From Candidatus Moraniibacteriota bacterium (GTDB lineage: Bacteria; Patescibacteriota; Minisyncoccia; Moranbacterales; GWC2-37-73), in contig DNVR01000019.1 in assembly GCA_003507445.1 (NCBI GenBank), forward strand, positions 206,132 through 270,131: a stretch of 64,000 bases of DNA, given 5' to 3'. The first letter of the stretch is position 1. Every line of letters starts with the position of its first letter. Below, one piece after another: positions 58,608 to 64,000 of the stretch. The position numbers were made by a program, and so were the translations under genes. Under the pieces are notes generated by a model. It ran no database searches. It saw nothing but the letters and a program-made list of their open reading frames with translations, and had not been told where the DNA came from.

Positions 58608-60110
58608 CTAGTTCTGCACTGTGCTGGTCCCAGTCGTAGGGAAGAAGTTTTGTAGGAATGTTGTGCGTTCGGGGAAATAGATGGCGTGGAGAGAATTTTG
58701 TCCTTGTTCGTTCTTTTCAGTGTAATACAGCTTACCATCTGTAAAGTTGTTTACCAAAAGGGAAGTGCTATCGTTGAGTGAAAGCACGTCCATCATATTG
58801 CGTTGATCGCGGTTGTCGATTTCGATTAATTTGATTTTGTTGTTGTTTGTAAAGAGTATATGCTCATAATCTCTGGTCCATTGAACATTTCCAATTGTGT
58901 CTGAGAATTTGGTGATGGACATTGTTTCATCTTCATTTCGAATTGGTTGCACTTCCCATTTTCTGACAAAATAGGCGGAAATTTCATTTTTGTTCCAAAA
59001 GAGCAATTTTTTGCCATCGTCGGAAAATTGACTGCCCGTGGCATTATCGGAGAGTTGTTTGAAATAAACATCGCCTTCTTCGCCTTTGTTATATGTGTAT
59101 AAATCGTTGCTCTTGTTGAGGAACACGATGCGGTCTTCGTCATATATGATGATTTGATATGAAGGGTCGTTCATATTGGAAGGACCAGAAGTGGTGATTT
59201 GAGTTGGAGTGTTGGTGGCATCAAAACTTGTTTCATATATGATGCCTTCAGGCAGCTGGAAGTAAAAAAGATTTTTTGGTGTCAGGTCATAGCTGGCAAT
59301 ATTTTGAGCTACAAGTTTTTTATTTTGCAGGTCATTAAGATCCAATCTATATAAATTGTTGTCTGACATATAGAAAAGCACATCTTTGCTTTTTGGATCC
59401 CAGCGCGAATGAGAAAGATTGTTGTCGCCCGTCAAATCTCTGAGATTGACAGTGTCCTGTGAATTATCGACTGAGGCGATAAAATAATTTTTTTCGTTTT
59501 CTTTATTGATAGCGGGAATGATAAGTCTGTGCGCCTCAGGAGACCATTCAATGTTTTCTTTTTCATTGGTTGTAAAAATGTAATCATCTGCGGCAAAAAC
59601 TTGAGTCATCGCAAGTGTTTCAGGGTCAAAAATTTTCACGAAAAAGACATTTTCAACCTGCTGAGAAAAAGCTGCCAAATTTTTACGAGGTGAAATGAAG
59701 AATTTCTGAATACCAGCGGATTCATAGTCTTCGCGAGCATAAGAATCTTGAGTAAGAACAATGTTCCAAAATTCTGTGGAAATTCCGCTGTGCACTGATA
59801 TTTTTTTTGACCAACTTTTATAACCAGGAGATTTTACTTCAAGCAGATAATTCCCAGGGTTGACGCCTCCTATGTGATAAGAGTTATTGATGCGATTGAA
59901 CGATTTTGAAGGCATCAATATTCCATCTACATATACATCGACTTGTTGAGGGGTTGTTTTCATCGTGATAGATCCGGCATATACAAAAATTCCACTTTCA
60001 AAATTGAAGCGGTATCCAAAGGCATATCCTATAATAGAGGCTGCAGTAAGCCAAAAAAGGACCACAAGTGTCCAGAAAAAGATTGTTTTAGGCATTTCTG
60101 ATTTGTCCAT
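58608..60110 (-). CDS. PEGA-domain membrane protein with beta-propeller-like C-terminus
   Basis: YAFGYRF, TTPQQVDVYVDG, PGNYLLEVKSPGYKSW; WSP/FSDDG blades. Confidence 0.82.
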   Translation of the reverse strand: MDKSEMPKTIFFWTLVVLFWLTAASIIGYAFGYRFNFESGIFVYAGSITMKTTPQQVDVYVDGILMPSKSFNRINNSYHIGGVNPGNYLLEVKSPGYKSWSKKISVHSGISTEFWNIVLTQDSYAREDYESAGIQKFFISPRKNLAAFSQQVENVFFVKIFDPETLAMTQVFAADDYIFTTNEKENIEWSPEAHRLIIPAINKENEKNYFIASVDNSQDTVNLRDLTGDNNLSHSRWDPKSKDVLFYMSDNNLYRLDLNDLQNKKLVAQNIASYDLTPKNLFYFQLPEGIIYETSFDATNTPTQITTSGPSNMNDPSYQIIIYDEDRIVFLNKSNDLYTYNKGEEGDVYFKQLSDNATGSQFSDDGKKLLFWNKNEISAYFVRKWEVQPIRNEDETMSITKFSDTIGNVQWTRDYEHILFTNNNKIKLIEIDNRDQRNMMDVLSLNDSTSLLVNNFTDGKLYYTEKNEQGQNSLHAIYFPERTTFLQNFFPTTGTSTVQN

Positions 60111-60244
60111 ACTGGTAAGTATTATATCTTTTATTTATAATTTTGTCCACTGTGAAAAATCCTTGCGAATACTGATAAATACGAGTAAAATATACACATA
60201 AGCTGACAAATTTAATATTGTAGGACTTACGCATTTTCTCAACA

Positions 60245-60399
60245 ATTTTCTAGCGAAGCCGAGTGAAATGAAAGTACTCTTTCAATTTCCGAGCGAGCGA
60301 CGAAAAGCTCATTTCTTTTTTGGCACGCTTTTGGATAAATACTCAATATCCAAAAGCTCAAAGAGTCGCTGTCGCCAACTATTGGCCAAAAAAGAAATG
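60245..60399. repeat. Composite of repeat G (inverted) and repeat F copy 3
   Basis: 60245-60313 matches reverse complement of 7281-7347; 60310-60399 has the ggcacgct...tcgctgtcgc core. Confidence 0.75.
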
Positions 60400-60432
60400 T
60401 TTCGAAACGCGTAACCCCTTTATTTATACTTT

Positions 60433-60930
60433 ATGCAATTGGACAAACTTTTTTCAAATTTTGGGCTGGCGAGCAGTGCTGCTGAGTTGGTAACCTTGAT
60501 CTTGGTTCTCTTGGTTTTGAGCACACTTTTTTGGCTTTTGGTTGGGCGTTTTCGTTTGCACAATTTTTTGATTAATATGTATATTTCTCTTGCAATTTTG
60601 CAAGTTATCCCAAAAGACGTGATGGCTTTTTCTAAAAATTCTTCTATTTTAGTTTTTCTTATTTCCGTTGTTTTGCTTACTTTGCTGAACAAATATTTGT
60701 TTGATATTCATCAATCAGGCAGTGGTCTTGCACTTTGGCAAGTTTTTGTGATGAGTTTTTTTGAAGTGGTTCTTTTGCTTAGCATTGTTATTTCGTTTTT
60801 GCCAGCCAAAGAGGTTACATCGTATATTTCTAAAAATTCCCTGAATTACTTCATTGATCCTATATGGCGCTTGGTCTGGATGATTGCACCTCTAGCCTTC
60901 TTGGTATTTGTCAGAAAAAGAGAGAGATAG
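60433..60930 (+). CDS. Hypothetical membrane protein
   Basis: About 5 TM segments. Confidence 0.75.
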   Translation: MQLDKLFSNFGLASSAAELVTLILVLLVLSTLFWLLVGRFRLHNFLINMYISLAILQVIPKDVMAFSKNSSILVFLISVVLLTLLNKYLFDIHQSGSGLALWQVFVMSFFEVVLLLSIVISFLPAKEVTSYISKNSLNYFIDPIWRLVWMIAPLAFLVFVRKRER

Positions 60931-60938
60931 GGTAGGGG

Positions 60939-60967
60939 TTGACCTTAATTTTTATATCAGATATAAT
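60939..60967 (+). promoter_or_regulatory. sigma70 promoter of tRNA-Lys
   Basis: TTGACC-17-TATAAT. Confidence 0.75.
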
Positions 60968-61000
60968 TAACAGCGTTGACTTAATATTTCAAAAATGAGC

Positions 61001-61073
61001 GGGCACATAGCTCAGTTGGTAGAGCAGCGGCCTTTTAAGCCGATGGTCGGGGGTTCGAATCCCTCTGTGCCCA
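61001..61073 (+). tRNA. tRNA-Lys (UUU), CCA not encoded
   Basis: Cloverleaf: GGGCACA/TGTGCCC acceptor stem, D arm GCTC/GAGC, anticodon loop CTTTTAA, TTCGAAT T-loop. Confidence 0.95.
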
Positions 61074-61313
61074 CAAAAACGAAAATCCCTTTTGGGATTT
61101 TTTTGTTTTTGTGCACAGAGGGATTCGAACGGGCAGAAGCTAAGCAAGTTGACTTTCAGCAGAAAGGCAACGCAGCGTGCGTCGATGAATGCGAGGAATA
61201 CGAGCATTCAGCGCTGCCCAGGACAAGGAGCACGTGAGCGGCGGCGAACGAGCGACGCGCGCAGAGTGTGCCCACAAAAACGAAAATCCCTTTTGGGATT
61301 TTTTTGTTTTTGT
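61066..61313. repeat. tRNA 3'-end element: 47-bp direct repeat plus inverted tRNA copy and structured core
   Basis: 61066-61112 is identical to 61267-61313; 61111-61130 is antisense to the tRNA T-arm/acceptor strand. Confidence 0.9.
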
Positions 61314-61539
61314 ACTAAACCAACACTTCTGGATTCTTTCTGATTTCTTTGCTATAATTCAAATATTAAGGGGCGATTATAAACATAAAAAATTCACCCT
61401 GTTAAATAATTTTAAAAAATAGTAATTTTTTAAAATTAAGATTTGGGTGATAAGCAGCTTCTGTATTAGCATAAAAAAGCTTAAATTTGAATAAGTTGGT
61501 TCTATAGATGATAGACCCAAATCTTATTTAACAGGGTAA

Positions 61540-62604
61540 ATGATAAAAAAAATATTATTAGTCATTCCAATAATTGCAATGACAACTCTTCTTTCTGGTT
61601 GTAGTTTTGGCGAGAGTTTTACGCCAGCCAAGATTACAATGGAAAATGCCACTGTGATTAAAACTGAAGATGGTGGTGCAAGTTGGAATCCAAAAATAAG
61701 AATTGATGACAAAAAAACCATCTCGGGAGTGGATGTTTTATCAATGGCAATACACCCAAACAATCCAAATATAATTTATATCGGAACAATGTCTAATGGG
61801 TTGTTCGTTTCAAAGGATGCGGGAGAAAGTTGGACTGCAGTGGCATATCCTGGCAAAGCATATGGCTTGGTTTTTGATCCAGCAAATCCTGATGTGATGT
61901 ATGGCAGTGGTGTTTTCAATGGACGAGCAAAAATATTCAAACGACTTGCTGAGGGTCAAGAATGGAAAGAGGTTTATACTGAACCAGCAGATGGCACCGT
62001 CATTTCTTCACTTGCAATTAGCAAAGTTAATTCTAATATTCTTTATGCGGGAACAAATGCAGGGATTATTATAAAAACAACTGATGGCGGACAAACTTGG
62101 GTTAATTTGAAAATCAATCAAGACATCAACTCGCCAATCACGAGCATCGTTTTCGATCAGGCAAATGACCAACACGTGTTCTTTGCTCTTTTTCAAGAAG
62201 GAGTTTTGGAAACAAAAAATGCTGGAGCAACCATTGAAAATATCACTGATCAAATTGACACAAAAGGTAACACCACAAGCGTATATAGTCTTGTGGCTGA
62301 TCCATATTTGGGCGGAGTTGCATATGCTGGCACGGAAGCGGGAATTTTTCGCAGAAATGCGGATGGTTCTTGGAGTTCAATGAATTTGATTGAAAGTTCA
62401 AAAGCTTTTGCAATCAGATCAATTGCAGTAAATCCAAAAAATTCCAAGGAAATTATGTATTCTTCGGCTAAGGCGATTTATAAATCAACAGATGGTGGAG
62501 CAAAATGGGCAACATTTCAATTGGATACTGCCAAGGAAATTAGTATTTTGAAATATGATGTAACAGATCCTGCAAAAATTTATGCCGGACTTAGGAGTTT
62601 TTAA
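61540..62604 (+). CDS. Lipoprotein with BNR/Asp-box beta-propeller
   Basis: LSGC lipobox; repeated (S/T)xDGG/DAGxxW boxes. Confidence 0.88.
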   Translation: MIKKILLVIPIIAMTTLLSGCSFGESFTPAKITMENATVIKTEDGGASWNPKIRIDDKKTISGVDVLSMAIHPNNPNIIYIGTMSNGLFVSKDAGESWTAVAYPGKAYGLVFDPANPDVMYGSGVFNGRAKIFKRLAEGQEWKEVYTEPADGTVISSLAISKVNSNILYAGTNAGIIIKTTDGGQTWVNLKINQDINSPITSIVFDQANDQHVFFALFQEGVLETKNAGATIENITDQIDTKGNTTSVYSLVADPYLGGVAYAGTEAGIFRRNADGSWSSMNLIESSKAFAIRSIAVNPKNSKEIMYSSAKAIYKSTDGGAKWATFQLDTAKEISILKYDVTDPAKIYAGLRSF

Positions 62605-62654
62605 TAATATTCAGAACCTAAAACCTAATAACTAAAACCTAATAACTAAAAAAT

Positions 62655-63212
62655 ATGTACAATGAAATTATAAACCTGCATAAAGAAGACTTGAAAAAGT
62701 CAGTTGAACATTTTAAAAATGAAGCGGGAAAAATTAGAACTGGTCGTGCTAATCCATCTTTGGTGGAGGATTTGTTGGTGGACTATTATGGAGCAAAAAC
62801 TCCGCTTAAGCAGATCGCTAGTATCAACACTCCTGAGCCGAGAACTATTGCCATTCAACCGTGGGACAGAGGTGCTCTCGGCGCCATTGAAACAGCTATT
62901 CGAAATTCTGATTTGAATATGAATCCTACTAACGATGGAGTGTTGGTGCGAATCAACATCCCAATGCTTACAGAAGAACGAAGAAAGGAAATGGTAAAAA
63001 TGCTCAATCAAAAAGGCGAGGAAGCTCGTATTGCTGTTCGTTCGATTCGCGAAGAAATTTTAAAAGAAATTAAAGATGCTGAAAAAGCAGGCGAAATTTC
63101 TGAGGACGATGAGTTTGCTGGCAAAGAAAAATTGCAAGTAGTTGTTGATGAATATAACAAAAAAATTGAAGAACTCCGCGCCAAAAAAGAAGTGGAGATA
63201 ATGACAGTGTAG
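62655..63212 (+). CDS. frr: Ribosome recycling factor
   Basis: IRTGRANP, IQPWD, LTEERRKE. Confidence 0.97.
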   Translation: MYNEIINLHKEDLKKSVEHFKNEAGKIRTGRANPSLVEDLLVDYYGAKTPLKQIASINTPEPRTIAIQPWDRGALGAIETAIRNSDLNMNPTNDGVLVRINIPMLTEERRKEMVKMLNQKGEEARIAVRSIREEILKEIKDAEKAGEISEDDEFAGKEKLQVVVDEYNKKIEELRAKKEVEIMTV

Positions 63213-63373
63213 GTATAAAATATCCAATATCTAATATCTAATTTCCAATAAAAAAAATAATTCTAAATTTCAAAAACTTAGAAATTGAATAATTGGAAAT
63301 TTTGTTAGAAATTAGGAATTAGTAATTAGATATTAAAATCCTTAATTGGTATAAAAAATAATAATAAAAAATC

Positions 63374-64000
63374 ATGTTGACTTTAATAGTGTTTTTAATA
63401 ATCTTGGGTCTTTTGGTTTTTGTTCACGAGCTTGGTCATTTTGTGGTGGCACGCAGGAATGGTATTAAATGTGAAGAATTTGGTTTTGGTTTTCCACCCC
63501 GCGCGGTCGGTTGCTATTTTAATGAGAAAAGTAAAAAGTGGGAAATTGTTGCTGGCAATAAGCATATTGAATCAAAAAATACTGTTTATTCTTTGAACTG
63601 GTTTCCGTTGGGAGGTTTTGTGCGCATTAAAGGCGAAGATGGAACAGGGAAAGTGGACAAGGATAGTTTTGCAAGCAAATCAGCATGGATTAGGATTAAA
63701 GTTTTGGCTGCTGGTGTAATTATGAATTTCATCTTGGCTTGGGTTTTGTTTTCATTCCTTTTATTTTTGGGTATAAACCAAGAAGTTGATCAAAATGACA
63801 CAACAATAAAAGACGCTAAAATTCAAATTGTTACTGTCGCGCCAAAAAGTCCTGCCTATGAAATGGGAATTCGTGAAGGGGATACGGTGGTTAAATGTGT
63901 TGGCGATGATTCGAGATGCGCTCAATCGTTTTCCAACATTGCTCAGCTACAAAATTTTGTGATTGACAACAAAGGCAAGCAAATTACTTTTGAAGTTTTA
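63374..64000 (+). CDS. rseP: RIP metalloprotease (M50), truncated by window end
   Basis: MLTLIVFLIILGLLVFVHELGHF...FGFGFPP...PLGGFVRIKGE...AGVIMN. Confidence 0.9.
   Translation, partial: MLTLIVFLIILGLLVFVHELGHFVVARRNGIKCEEFGFGFPPRAVGCYFNEKSKKWEIVAGNKHIESKNTVYSLNWFPLGGFVRIKGEDGTGKVDKDSFASKSAWIRIKVLAAGVIMNFILAWVLFSFLLFLGINQEVDQNDTTIKDAKIQIVTVAPKSPAYEMGIREGDTVVKCVGDDSRCAQSFSNIAQLQNFVIDNKGKQITFEVL

Noticed and set aside
1-64000. Alternative genetic code (UGA=Gly)
   Set aside because: Conserved genes are full length under the standard code, and several end at TGA (e.g. 2265, 29678, 48253).
1-64000. Prophage, DGR, retron or IS element
   Set aside because: No reverse transcriptase, transposase, integrase, terminase or capsid motifs were recognised; the baseplate-like similarity at 50644 lies in a housekeeping context.

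Overview
Low-GC bacterial chromosome segment using the standard genetic code. The gene set and style suggest Patescibacteria/Parcubacteria (CPR): alpha2-type GlyRS, short ProRS, a PaaX-like regulator, an ftsA plus large membrane protein pair, and mostly Shine-Dalgarno-less leaders; this assignment is an inference. The backbone holds ddl, a DEAD-box helicase, glyQS with a T-box-like leader, proS, ispH, aspS, scpA/scpB, mraY, pgk, eno, ftsA, infA-rpmJ-rpsM-rpsK-rpsD-rpoA-rplQ-rplM-rpsI, tRNA-Lys(UUU), frr and rseP. Two accessory zones stand out. (1) At 8056-11994, three self-contained gene cassettes are separated by four ~90-nt direct repeats. Each repeat encodes the same orphan C-terminal peptide on the minus strand and ends in a tRNA-3'-end-like sequence followed by a terminator-like hairpin. 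This looks like an integron-like, probably recombinase-driven cassette array. (2) A ~10 kb island splits scpA from scpB. It carries a restriction-modification cluster and cargo genes delimited by duplicated abrB 3' tails, a 78-bp direct repeat and palindromic motifs. The intergenic DNA also carries several families of small structured repeats: inverted 7-10-mer arrays between housekeeping genes, and 'target-mirror' elements at the 3' ends of rpsI and tRNA-Lys. All product calls come from motif reading of the translations; no database searches were run.
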